Position numbers and translations under genes: made by a program. Positions 22,665 through 35,474 of a stretch of DNA of 64,000 nt are shown piece after piece (the stretch's first letter is position 1; every line of letters begins with the position of its first letter). Location: the NCBI GenBank assembly GCA_026914245.1, contig CP110439.1, positions 1,674,001 to 1,738,000 of the forward strand, in the 5' to 3' direction. This stretch comes from Puccinia triticina (taxonomy: Eukaryota). The notes under the pieces are model-generated. The model was given only the letters and a program-made list of their open reading frames with translations, ran no database searches and was not told the origin of the DNA.

Positions 22665-25600
22665 ATGTTCGCTCCCTTCGCCCACGCCCGGCTGCTCGCC
22701 AACCTCGAGGCGACCACCGGCGCGCCGCCGACGGCCCTGCTCAGCCACGCCGGCCAGCTCTTCGTCGCCACCGCCGCCGGCTCGCTCTTCGTCTTCACCG
22801 CCTCCGCCGCCGCCGCCGAGCTCGCCAAGTCCTTCGGCAGCCTGCGCGGGACCACCCAGCCGATCGACGGCCTGTGTCTGCTCACCGAGCCCCGCGCCCT
22901 CGCCGTCCTCGCCGCCGGGAACGTCTCCCTCCACGACCCCGCCCAGCTCACGCTGCTCTCCAGCTGCCAGAAATGGACCCGGGCCCAGGCCTCCGCCCTC
23001 TCGCCCCACGCCGCCGTCCTGCGCCCGGCCGGCAGCCAGCTCGTCCCCCAGCCGCCCGGCCCGCCCCAGCACGCCGCGCCCCCCGTCCTGCTCTCCATCC
23101 TCGCCGTGCCCTGCAGACGCAGACTGGTGCTCTTCCTGTGGCGCGACGGCCAGTGGCTCGAGCCCAAGGAGATCGCCCTGCCCCACCAGGTCCGCTCGCT
23201 CGTCTTCCCCGCCCCGCTCAGCCTCGTCCTCGGCTACTCCACCGGCGACTACGCCGCCCTCTCCCTCGCCGTCCCCGCCGACAGCCGCCAGCCGATCAGC
23301 CACACCCTCGCCGACCCCTTCCCCTCGCCGGTCGCCGGCCTCGTCCCCCGCACCGACGCCCCCTCGCCCCTGCCCATCCCCTCGCCGAAAGCCGCCGGGC
23401 TCGCCAGCCTGGCATTCAAGACCCCCGGCCTCGCCGTCCTCGGCCTCGCCGGAACAACCAAGCTCGCCCGCAACGCCGTCCTCGCCACCGGCCCGCCCTC
23501 CGACGAGCTCATCGGCATCAGGGAACACATCGCCACCTTCTTCACCCTCCACGGAAAACTCGCCCGCCCCCACGCCATCGTCCACGCCGGAACCACGCCG
23601 GTCCCCTCTAGCATCCTCTACCCCGCCCCGCCCGCCGAGTCCCTCGTCAGACCGCCCTACCTGCTCTCGCTCCTCCAATCCAGCCAGACCTCCACCTCGC
23701 TCCTCATCCACGCCCTGCCCACCCTCTCCCACCTCCAAACCCTCCCGCTCCCCGCCCCCACCCACCCGCTCCCACCTGACTCGGCATCCCCATCCGCCCC
23801 CAACACCGCATCGCCGGGAAAGAAACAGACCCTCGAGCCCCCCTTCAACCCCCGCACCCTCCCTCCTCCCCGCCCCCTAATCGCCGCCGCACCCACCCCC
23901 GCCGGGCCCATCTTCATCGTCGGATCCCACTGGAACCCAACAGATAACACCACCCAGTACCATCTCGATGCGCTCCTGCTCAAGCCCTGGCCCGGCCAGA
24001 TCCAGCAGCTCATCGAGATCGGCGAGTACGAGGAAGCGTTGGGGCTGATGGACTGTCTGGACCAGACCCATCTACCTGCCAAGGTACATCCATCCACCTA
24101 TCTTTTCCCGCCCCCCTCCCCCCGCTGGTCTCTAATCCCCGCTGTTTCCCCCCCCCCCCCCCCCCATTTTCTGGCAGGCCGAGCTGAAGAAGAAGCTGGA
24201 CGGACTACGTGCGGTGGTCGAGTTCGGGCGGCACAAGTACGACGCGGCGGTGGACGAGTTCATCCGTCTGTCGACCCATCCGGCCAAAGTCCTGGCCCTG
24301 TATCCGAGGGAGATCTCCGGCTCGTTGGGGAGGGATCGGGAAGAGTGGGAGGAGATGTTTGGCGGACGCAGTGCGGAAAGCGTCCGCTGCTCGCCCCTCG
24401 TCAGCTCTCAGCCCCACCCTCCCCAGATCAGTCGTGCTGGCTCAGACATCGGCTCCAACCTCCCGCCAACCGGAGACGACGACCGTCGCTCGATCATGTC
24501 CGGGCCATCTGCAGCGCCGGCCAAGTCCGCGAAACCTGGCGACCAGAAAACGCTCCCCGACGGTCCGTCCCATACCCCCCCTCTTCACGTCTCCTTGGTG
24601 GTGCTGATCTGGCCCGCTTGATGGCTCCCAGAGGATGCCCAGTTCAGAGCCTCCGTCGAGGTCCTGATCCGGTATCTGACCGACCGAAGACAACAAGTCA
24701 ACCGCGCGCTCCTAGCGCTCCCCGAGACGCCAGAGGAGGCCAGCGGGCCGCCCTGGACCCCGGAGCGCATAGGCGAGCTGGAGGACCGGCCGATCGCGGA
24801 GATCGGCGCCCGCCAGACGCTCGTCAACGTCGCCAAGGTCATCGACACCGCCCTCTTCAGGTCCTATCTCGTGCTTAGACCCACTATGCTGGGGCCGCTC
24901 TGCCGACTGCCCAATTGGTGCGAGGTCGAGCTCGTCGAGGGGTTGCTGATGGACGCCAAGGTCTGTCCCCTCCCCCTTCCTGGCTGGCCTCTCGCTTGCT
25001 TGTGCTTAATCAATGCCTGGCCTGGGTCTAGCGGTATCATGAGCTTCTCGATCTCTATCACGGGAAAGGACAGCATGCCAAAGCGCTCAAGCTGCTGAAA
25101 AAGTAAGCCCCCGTTTTATCCGTCAAGGTATGGGTGGGGGTGGTTGACGATGTGTGTGGATGCAGGATGGCGATGAACGAGGATGATGTGGAGACCCAGA
25201 TCGAGCCGACGGTCCGGTACCTCCAAAAGCTAGGCTCGGCGCACATCGATGTGATTCTGGAGGGGGCGAAGTGGGTGTTTACGGTATGCGAAGACAACGA
25301 AGGATCGGAAGGAGACGGAGGAGGGATGGGGCTGACGAAGGCGGCACTGGAGATCTTCGTCGCGGACTTGTCGGCCGTAGATTCGCTCCCGAAGCCGCGC
25401 GTCGTCGCGTTCCTCGACCAGCTCCGCTCCAGAACGCCCCTCCGTCTCTACCTCGAGTTCCTCGTCCAGGCCTTGCGGCTCCAGGAGCCCGCCTTCCACG
25501 AGAAACTGGTCCAGGTCTATCTGCTCGAGATCACTCGGTTGCGCGGGATGGGCCTTCTGGGTGGGTCTTGCTCCTCCCTCCTCTGTCCCCCCCTACCCAA

Positions 25601-26639
25601 CCGTCTCTTCCCCAGTTCTAACATTTCCTTTTTTTGTGCCATGTTAGAGAGTGCACGAGAGATGTACGCAAAGCTGCTGGCGCATCTGGAAGAGTCGGAC
25701 AGCTACTCGGCGAGCTGGGTCTTGGGCCGGCTGCCGGGGGAGGGCATGTGGGAGGCGCGAGCGGCGGCGCTGGGAAAGATGGGCTCGGACGAGCCGGCGC
25801 TGCGGATCTATGTGGACCGGCTGGCGGACCTATCGAAGGCGGAGCACTACTGTCTGCGGACGTACGAGAAAGCCGGGGGGGCCGCGAGCGACGGCGGGGT
25901 GTTCCTGTGTCTCATCCGCATCTGTCTCGCCAGCAGTCCTCCCCACCAAGAAGCTCCCACCCAGCAGCAGCCGGCCGAGCCTGGAGCGGCTGAACAGGAC
26001 GACGACGAGGAGGAGGGGCTGGAGTCCGTCGGCCACCGACTGTCCACCACACAGCTGCTCGAGGCCGGGCTCCGGCTCATCAACGAGCACGGACACAAGG
26101 TCGCGCAGACGGCAGAGATGCTCGGGCTCGTCCCCCCGCTGGTCTCCCTGGCCACGCTCGACGGCTTCTTCGCCGCCGCGCTCCGCCGCCGCGCCGCCGA
26201 CTTCCATCGCCAGACGTTCGCTAAACACGTCATCCGGGCGCGGCTGGCCACGCTTTCTGTCGCCAGAGACGTGTTTGCGGGACGCAGGGTCAAGGTGGAC
26301 CTGAAACGCCTGTCCGTCTCTTCCTTCTTCTTCTCTCTCGCAGGTCGACCACCTGGCGCTGACTCCTTCTTCTCTCGCTTGCATGGGAATGCGGATCGGG
26401 GCCCGACGGTGTGCAGATGTGTCGGATGCGGCAAGCGGCTAGGCACCAGCGTCATCGCCGTCCATCCCCCCTAGTCAGTCTTCTCCCTCCCTCCCTCCTC
26501 CCCTCTCTAGACCAGCGGCACTGATCCGGAGCCCCTTTCTCTCCGGCTCTCTTGCGCGTATCGTCGGGCACGCAGTGGGGAAGTGACCCATTACCAGTGC
26601 CAGGACCGGTTTAATTCGCCCCATTTGCGCCGACTGTAG
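22665..26639 (+). CDS. VPS39: Vacuolar sorting protein Vps39/Vam6 (HOPS subunit), about 8 exons
   Basis: CNH-like N-terminus (WLEPKEIALPHQVRSL); LGPLCRLPNWCEV...LYHGKGQHAKALKLL; C-terminal CVGCGKRLGTSVIAVHP..GEVTHYQC; GT-AG introns join in frame. Confidence 0.9.
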
Positions 26640-26863
26640 GCCTTCGATGCCACGCTCTTGTACATACTCGCTTGGCGCTTGTTGATTTGTTCGTTGTGTG
26701 TTATTTATTGTTGATGGACGACGGCATGTAGAAGATATTGACAAAAAAAATGAGTATAACTAAATATGTATGCAGAGAAAGACGGTTTAACTTCTAACAC
26801 CCACAAATGATAAAGGATGGTCGCAAAAATGTAGTGGTGGCCCGTGGGCTATGAGCGGCGAGC

Positions 26864-26873
<10 letters not shown>

Positions 26874-26905
<32 letters not shown>

Positions 26906-26975
26906 TGATGCACTGCCTCCCCCGCCGCCGGGGGCCAGTAAAAGTCAAATGCTCTACCGACTGAGCTAACCGGGC
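26874..26975 (-). tRNA. tRNA-Lys(UUU) with 29-nt intron (26910-26938)
   Basis: GCCCGGTTAGCTCAGTCGGTAGAGCA; anticodon arm TTTGA-CTTTTA/A-TCAAA; GGTTCGAGCC T-loop; acceptor stem closes; downstream T5 terminator. Confidence 0.95.
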
Positions 26976-27290
26976 GTGGGAGAATGACGTAATCGTCAGG
27001 CTTCGTTGCGCGGCGCAAATTATACTCACACTTCAGTTTGACAAAACGACAGTTTACCACAACTTCTGTAGCGCAGCTGACTTGCCTCCATCATACACCT
27101 TTTGCAGAAAGGCCAATTGGGTAAGATCTTTCCCCAATCTCTGTCATTGTGTTTCATGATGTTTTGTCCACGACGCATCTGATCGAATCTTGCCCGTTTG
27201 CGTGTATACAGAAGAAGAGAAAGACGGGATCGTACCGCGACTCTGGGAGTGTACTCATTACAGGAACCGGACCTCACGAGCTCCCGGAAG

Positions 27291-29664
27291 ATGGCAGGCT
27301 CCGCCGATGGCGTCGCGAAAGCGGCCGACAATGGGCGTGCCACGAACGCTCCAGACCGCAGCGACCAAGACGAGCAGGTCCGGGCGGCCACCGTGTTACA
27401 GACCCGATTCAGGTCCGTCGATGCGTCTCTTCTCTGGGGCTGGGCATCGAGATCGGACACACTCCGGCGCTCTCTCTGACCTCCAATCCCCCGCTCTTGT
27501 TTGCCCCGACACAGGAAATATCAACGTGTGTGAACGCGATGGCTTGGCTTGTGGTCAGTCACGACTCGGGCCTCACTCCCTCTGTTTCTGTGTGTAGGCC
27601 AAAGAGAGGACGGCGGGTTGAATTTGACGGCTTCGACTCGCTGGCATGAAGCGATTAAAGTTGAGTTTTGGTCGTCGAGATGTCCCCAAAAGACCCGCAT
27701 GCTTGCGCATCGAATACTGAGTGCTCGAATGATGATTAGGAGCAAAACTTCAAAACGGCCCGTCGACATTCCACCCAAGGCGGCCGAAGCGACTCTCACT
27801 CGCGATGGAAACGCGCGGGGGTTTTTACGTCAGGATTGGTAGACTCGGGCCCCACGTCTCCCCACCGTGAGGCTGACCCGCTGCTGAAGAGTCCTAGTAC
27901 GAGACCTAAGAAAACTATGGATACTACCTACTGGTTGGAAATGGTCGACCACAAGCACCGATATGGCTCTAATCTCAAGGCATATCGTCAGCTATTTATT
28001 AATGCTTTTTTCAAAAGAAAAATCCTCACGAAGATGTATCAAAGAAAGTGGAAGATGCTGAGAGATCCCGCCTCTTGCGTTTTTGTTGGCCCAGACATCT
28101 ATTGGAATACTCAGTACGAGGGGGACCAAAACTTCTTCTATGTGAGTGCTCTTCACGAGCCTAAAACTAGGAGTTGAGGGAACAGTCTGTGACCGACGAT
28201 TTTGCACAATTTTGCTAGTGGTTAGATCATGGAGAGGGGCGTGAGTTAGACCTTCAAGATTCACCGAGGGAGCGACTTGATTCTGAAAGGATAACGTTGG
28301 TCATATCAATTATTTTCGATTCTATGGTGCTCAAGCAGATCCAATCTGACATCCGCTGTTTTCTTTCCGAAAAAAAAAAACAGGTACTTGACGGCGGAGC
28401 AGCGAAGGAACTACTTGATCAAAATTGTGGATGGCAAATTGGTCTGGGCCAAAGGTACGAGCAGATCTCTTGACTCTCGAGTCATGTACTCTGGCCAACG
28501 GGGGGTCACTGAGCGTGTGTTGTGCTTGTGGTAGATTCCAGACCGGTTGACACAGCGCGCGGTAGACACAAAGACTTGGGGAATGGACACGGAATCGTTG
28601 ATGCAACTCCAGAAGAATTTGAAGCTGCCAAAGCACGGGGTGAGATCGCATCCAGTGATTCAGATTCCTCGATGTCGAGCTCTGCAAGTTCCATCCTTTC
28701 ACGAGACGCACATCATTACGCACAAGCAACCCCTCAAAAGTCCGGCGTCGTGGCCAAACTCAAGTCGCATGTCGATCCCAAAGCAATCATGGACAACTTG
28801 CTCCGAAAGACTCTCAATGCCAACACTTGGATCTTCGTCGCTGATCAGAGTGGGAACATGTACGTCGGAATCAAGCAAACTGGTAAATTTCAGCATAGCA
28901 GCTTCCTCGCTGGCAGTCATGTCATCGCTGCGGGCTTGTTGAAAGTTGATCAGGGGCAATTGACTTCGTTGAGCCCTCTCAGCGGACATTATCGCGCCGG
29001 CTCTGATCAGTTCAAAACGTTTGTCAAGATCTTAGAGCATGAGTGGGGATGCGACATGTCGAGGTGAGCTGAGAGATCGCAAAGGCTATATAAAAGCGGT
29101 GGTGCGGATTGTCTCAAACTGATGAAACTGTTCATTGGTCGAAAAGGGTTTCGATTTCGAAAGCCTTATTTATGATCGGAGCGCTGGAAAAATATGCGCA
29201 CTTCAGCAAGAAGAAGGCGGAGATGAAGGCGATGATGAAGAAGCTGTGGAAGAAGCACAATGATCAAGATCCGGAAGCGCTGGCGGCGGAGAAGGAAAAG
29301 AATGAGGACCGGCCGGCTCAAGTAGCAGCAGAGCACGCTTCGCACCAGGAAAACTGGCAAGAAACTGTGCGAGTGAATCGGCTGGCGAGGGTGGCCGGGG
29401 AAGAAGAGCGCGAACGAATTAAGAAACAACAGGGCGCACTCAAAGATGGACGGCTGCGGAACTCTGTCGTCTTGCCGAGTCTGCCGCATGAGGGCAAGAA
29501 GAAGGAAGACATGACGGATGACGAGCGGGTGGAGCGCGGTGCGGCTGTAAGTGTCTGCTCTACTCGCTCGCTCGGGGGTTCCGCTCGATCTGACCTTCTG
29601 TTATACCTTACAAATGTTCATGTAGCTCGTCGCAAGAGCCATGGCAAGGCAGAGAAAATGCTGA
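27291..29664 (+). CDS. IQ-motif calmodulin-binding protein (IQM-like), multi-exon
   Basis: AATVLQTRFR IQ motif; YWLEMVDHKHRYGSNL; NFFYWLDHGEG; WIFVAD...FQHSSFLAG...LSPLSGHYR. Confidence 0.88.
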
Positions 29665-29908
29665 AGCTCATGATCATTACTACCCACGCCGACTCGACCC
29701 AGAGCCAACTGATATGATCTTGAGAATACACCTTCAAAAAAAAAAAAAAAAAACAAGCCGCAGAGTCATGGACTTTGATCATTATGTTGTTGCGCTCAGA
29801 ACACCTCGTTATGCTCGGACGATCTCAGTCTGATAAAGCAAAATTAATGTTGTTTCAATATCACGTCTGTAGCATCCTTCCACTACTCCTATGAACACAA
29901 TGTAATAG

Positions 29909-31202
29909 CTAATCACCAGCACAGCACTCAACTTGAACATTGGTGATGCTGACGGGCAAGCCACTTTTCTCATCGTAATCACTGATGTTTCGGAAACCAA
30001 AAGGAAGATCCACACCGTGAAACAATAGTGAGGTCAGTGACGGGCGCCGGCGGGGTTCCCAGCAAAACAGGGACAACTGAACTGCCATTCTCCGTCGTCA
30101 AATTCAATTCCTTTGAACTTCGTCCCGCTCCCTGCACCGTTACAATGCCATTCACCCTAGCATTATTTTGTATTTTTATGTTTGTAAAACACGAGAAATC
30201 ATTGCATTAGTAAACATTGCAAGGTCGGCTGAATATGTTGGAGTGGGGGGATAATAGAGAGAACGAAACTCGGATATCGTATTCGACGAATTCGCAGCCT
30301 CGGCATTCGACCGTACAGATTGCCAGGGACTTGTGTTCCTGACTTTGGGCTTGAGTGTAGACGGGGAAAACTTTCGACTTGGCGTCTGTGAAAGCTGTTT
30401 TGGTCTACTGCATCAGCCGGGGGGAATGTATCCAGATATACATCGCGCTGACAAATTACTCACATGCTGATGCTTCTCTCTGTGGTAAGTTCGGTCAAAA
30501 GAAAATTGGGAGAAACGCATGAGGGATCATTAACAACAGGTCGGGATTCGTCGTGATCTCACTCAACTTGGCAGAGCTGACATTTCCATACGAAATTCGC
30601 ACTTCCCTTGGAGCCTGACATCGGGAGTTCTTCCTAGAAAATATTAATCGAGAAGAAAGATAACAAATGAATGTCAGGATTTGCGAGAGATCTGTTGATA
30701 GCGTGCCGAGATTCTCTGACGGGAAGGAAAAACGAATTCTTACCGATCTGTTAATCCCCACCTGGTTTGTCCAAGGGATTACATCAGTTTATTGGGAACT
30801 TCGGTCAACTCCAGATGGTAGGTGCATATTCACCCAATTATGATGGATTTCATGACAGTTCGAACATTTAACCTTTCGCGCCGATTGATGTCGGGTCGAG
30901 AAAGGGGTTTTTTGAATCAGTACTTTTCTCAGGTGTCTGTGGTGAGGGATCCAAACGAGGAAACCGACTTTGAAGAAAAACCGGTGGTGCATCGCATCCT
31001 TGACTCGCAGATCTGTCAGGTTATCCAAGTCAGCCTTCAGGTTCACTTTCAATTTCTTGGGTAAGATTTCGGGGTTTTTTTTTCGGAGTCGATTGGGAAA
31101 AAAGGAGGGTATATACAATCAAGCGTCAGTGAAGGGGTCAATCATCGAGAGTGTCGGAGATCCGAACAGACTATCAAGAAGACAACGGGCACTCACAACC
31201 AT
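29909..31202 (-). CDS. DUF866/UPF0587 CXXC zinc-binding protein (CZIB/C1orf123-like)
   Basis: Spliced product MV|KLKVNLKADLDNLTDLRV...FK|VKCSNCHE...W|VGINRS|EELPMSGSKGSANFVWKCQLCQ|REASA...ECRGCEFVEYDIR|GEW...GEW|HDYDEKSGLPVSITN. Confidence 0.88.
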
Positions 31203-31451
31203 CCTGGACTCCAATCTTCACGCGACGCAATCTCTTGGGGCTAATTGAAAGGGTTCGAATGTGGTCTTGATGCCCTCCTTGAAGAAAATCACAACTGAAC
31301 AAGGGGGGGCCCCGATGCGCGGGCTCTACATCGGGTAAACCCCCGATCGGGCTTACTGATGTGCATTTCTCTCTTCATTTCACAAGACATCAAACTGCAC
31401 TTAAAAAAAAAGCATTTTGCTGGGCCAGGCTAAAGCAAACTGAAAGTTAAA

Positions 31452-33256
31452 GGGGGTTGATTAATTGACTCCCAAAAATTGGAGTTCCGACTCCCAAATG
31501 GTGTTTACGTCCTGGGGACCAAAATGTGATGTCCGACCCGGTCCCCACGACCAAATATTGACCCGGGGCAATTTTGGGAGTCGGAACTTGAATTCCGTAA
31601 AAATGTTTGGGAGTTGGCACCTTAATTTTACAAAACATAGCAGAAATAAAGAAAAAAATTATAACTTTTCACTGCGGCACCCAAAGCACACCAAACTTTT
31701 ACAGCATTCATAAAAACCTGTAAAGAGCACATTTTGAACTTCATGGAATGAGAACACTTCAGGAAAGGGGTGTGCTGCTATGCACCCATTTTTGCAGGTG
31801 TCCTACTAATGAATGCCACCAAAACCTTAGCCATGGTGCCCCAAAAGGTCCCAAATCTTTACAGTGCACAGAATAACCTCTGAAAAAAATATGTTGATCT
31901 GCATGGCATTAGCACACCTCAGGAAAGGGGTGTGCTACTGTGCACCCATTAATTTGGCAGGTGTGCTACTAAGGAACACCACTAAGACCTTGGCCACGGT
32001 GCCCCAAAGTGCACCAAAGTTTGACATAATTGAGTAAATTACCCTTTGCTAAAATGCATGTATTTTTGGAATTGTCCAACCCACAGAAATTAACTTAGAG
32101 GTGGCAGTGGGATCTCCTACTAAGCCCTCTGCACACCCCTTATATGACAAGTTCTAATGTCTCCATTTTTATAAACACTTCACAGGATTTATTTTATCCA
32201 CAATTCTATGTTCCCACAGAACTGTGGGGTTCTAAAGGAATTGACTTTGAGGCAGTGGGTAAAGAATAAGAAGGCACAGAGGGTCTTGGAAAGACCAGCG
32301 ATGTGTGAGTACAGCACACAAGCAAACTTGACGAGACCACTGACGGGCACACCTGGTTGTGCAAAGTTGAAGTTGAGACAAGAGATGAGAAACTTGAATG
32401 AAGAAAAGAAAATAGGATCCAGTACAACAGAGACTATTTAACATGATCATTTAGGTTTCACAACTTTTAACATGATCATTTAGGTTTCACAACTAGGTTA
32501 CAACTTTGAGTATCACTACACAACCGGTTGATGAGTAGGCTTTTACTGAGATATCTCAATAGTGGGGTGTGCAGAGGGCTTAGTAGGAGATGCTGCTGCC
32601 ACCTCAAAGTTAATTTCTGTTGGACTAGATTGGATAATTCCAAAAGTACATACATTTTAGAAAAGGGTAATTTACTCAATTATGTGAAACTTTGGTGCAA
32701 TTTGGGGCACCGTGGCCAAGGTCTTGGTGGTGTTCCTTAGTAGCACACCTGCCAAATTAATGGGTGCACAGTAGCATACCCATTTCCTGAGGTGTGCTAA
32801 TGCCATGCAGATCAACATATTTTTTTCAGAGGTTATTCTGTGCGCTGTAAAGATTTGGGACCTTTTGGGGCACCGTGGCTAAGGTTTTGGTGGCATTAAT
32901 TAGTAGGACACCTGCAAAAATGGTTGCATAGCAGCACACCCCTTTCCTGAAGTGTTCTCTTCCATGAAGTTCAAAATGTGCTCTTTGCAGATTTTTATGC
33001 ATGCTGTAAAATTTTGGTGCGCTTTGGGCACCGCAGTGAAAATTTATAAATTTTTCTTTATTTCTGCTTTTTTTTGTAAAATTAAGGTGCCAACTCCCAA
33101 ACAATCTTACAGAATTCAAGTTCCAACTCCCAAAATTACCCTGGGTCAATTATTTGTCCTGGGGACCGCAGCCGAAGGTCAAGTTTTGGTCCCCAGGACG
33201 TAAAAACCATTTGGGAGTTGGAACTCCAATTGTTGGGAGTCAATCAATCAACCCCC
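31452..33256. mobile_element. Foldback non-autonomous MULE-like element with ~690-bp inverted arms
   Basis: Arms ~31452-32140 and ~32563-33256 are reverse complements; 9-bp TSD AAAGTTAAA/AAAGTTAAT; G-run terminus. Confidence 0.9.
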
Positions 33257-34122
33257 AAAGTTAATTGCAGAATAATATTTTCTCTGCCAAATCTGAAAAA
33301 CTTGTCACACCAAAAAACTCCATTATTTCATAAGTTCCTCCTATGGAGGATTGCTTTGCAACAGCGCTCCCGCACCTCTAATCAAGGTACTTAGCTAAGT
33401 TCAAGGCTGAAGGAGGGCTCAGCTGCTGAGCCCTCCTTATCAATGGATTGGGCCAACCCGGATCCCACCCAAGACCTGTGGGGTTTGGGGGCAGGTTTGG
33501 GCACTTTTTGAGTAAAAATTGGTTCACGCAAACCCAACCCAACCCCCCTCAGACAATCATTCACCACATGCAAAAACAGTTCATGACTGCACTGCAGGTT
33601 GAGCAGTCATGTCAGAAATCATGACAGAAATGCACGTGCCATGAACTGTCAGTTGACAGTATATTACATGACAGGTTGATATGCAGCTGTCATGATAGTG
33701 ACAGCTCTGTGAACCTCCTGCACAGTAACTGTGTACGTGACATGTACCCCATGGTGCTTACATGTTGCTGCATGACAAGAAAACCTGTGAAATCACAGGT
33801 TTTCCATGCAATGTAGTGCTGACAGGACAGTGTAGCCTGTCCTGCAGACATGACTTGATTTTGCACACGGTGATTGGGTCAGGTTTGGGAAGCCTATTCT
33901 TGAATTGGGTTGGCCCAAAAACCCAAATATGACCCAAACTGGTACATAGACTTCTGCTGGTCACCCCTGTGCCCCACCAGCTCCTATATCACCACCAAGA
34001 CCAATGGCAAGATTTGCCAGGGCACAAATACAATTGCCCCATCTGGAACCTCCGGCTTCTTCCAAGGCTGAAACACATGAACCATTGGGCCATCAAAATG
34101 AAGATTCAACAGCCACCTTGTG

Positions 34123-35474
34123 TGTCAGCTGGCTACTATGTCAGAGCCACCATGACATAATATCAAAAGCAAACATGAAATATTATTACGTAAGAAAGAT
34201 ACACTAGTACTGCTATTACTTATAATTAGACATCTAAAACCTGGAATATTATTCCATATTCTGAATCTAAGCCTAATTTAACCTAGGGTACCTCACTTCA
34301 AGGTACCCTTAATTGTTATTCCTTCCTTGTGTAAATTGACTTCAAAAAGTTTAACAGGTGCACCACGTCCCGTGTGAATGCACCTGTATGCTTATAAACA
34401 TAACCATATATGCTTTCACCCCAGTTTTAGTGACGAAACTGAGGTGTTATGTTTAGTTTAGAAGATAGACCAACTTAGGTTGAGTTAAATCTAAACCCGC
34501 GTGCTGCGCCCTACGCCCAAAGACGGCACAGAGCTCCAAACATGAATGAAACCCCAAAAGGGCTACCTGTACATTACAGCACGACCACCAGGAAAGTAAT
34601 GAAATCAAGTCTGCCCCTCCACGTGAAACACTACATACATTACATAAGCTGTACATATGTAATGATGTCACATGGATGTAAACAGAGTATTCCTGACACA
34701 GCAGAAGGACTAGTACATGCACAGTACACTAGATTGGGAAATACTGTGGCCCATTCTGGAACAAATGGCCACATGTCTCAGCCCCTTCTGTACCACACAT
34801 GTAGCAAGGTTGAACTGTGGTATCAAAATACTGATTTAGTCTCCCTTGGCAAACCCCCAAAGGGTTTCAAGCCTCTATGGCGCCATCAACACGGCAAAAA
34901 ACCTGTTTGCAGGCGCCCACAAGTTGGCCAGTGCCCCTGAGGCTCCCCTGGGCGCCCCAGAGGGCTGCAAAAGGTATTTAAAGAGCCCTCTGTCCGCCCA
35001 AATAGCCCTTTCCTCATGCGATTACACCCACTTTGATTATTACCCGCTCCCAACACGTGCTCAACACTTGTTCTCTGCCTGGTAAGATCCATAGTTGCTG
35101 ATTTTAGCCTCATTCCTTTGTCTGAATCTGTTCAGATTCACCCCAGAAGAACCTCAAGACTTTAAGGGCTTAATTCTAGTAAGTTTAACCCCTTCTCTTG
35201 AGATTCTCCACCATTCCTTACTGGGATTTAAACCACCCCTGTTCACAGGCCCCAGTGTGTACTTTTGAGGGATTAAACACCCCTGATTTTATCAGGCCCC
35301 TCTTTATTTAATTATAATTACGCCATTTTTCTCATATATTTTTTACGCCATAATTACCAACATATCATTGGAATTATCCCTAGGACTTTTGTTCCAGAGT
35401 TTTATACTCTTTTATACTAGTTTTGCACCACGTGTAGCTAGAAGGAGTATTCCTTGGCATCACGGAGGCTGACA
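34123..35474. mobile_element. Solo LTR (1352 bp)
   Basis: TGTCAGC...GCTGACA termini; perfect 5-bp TSD TTGTG. Confidence 0.85.

Noticed and set aside
22174..23880. Long overlapping ORFs (568, 401 and 320 aa) over VPS39 exon 1
   Set aside because: Shadow frames produced by extreme GC3 bias; low-complexity Pro/Ser/Gly products with no motifs
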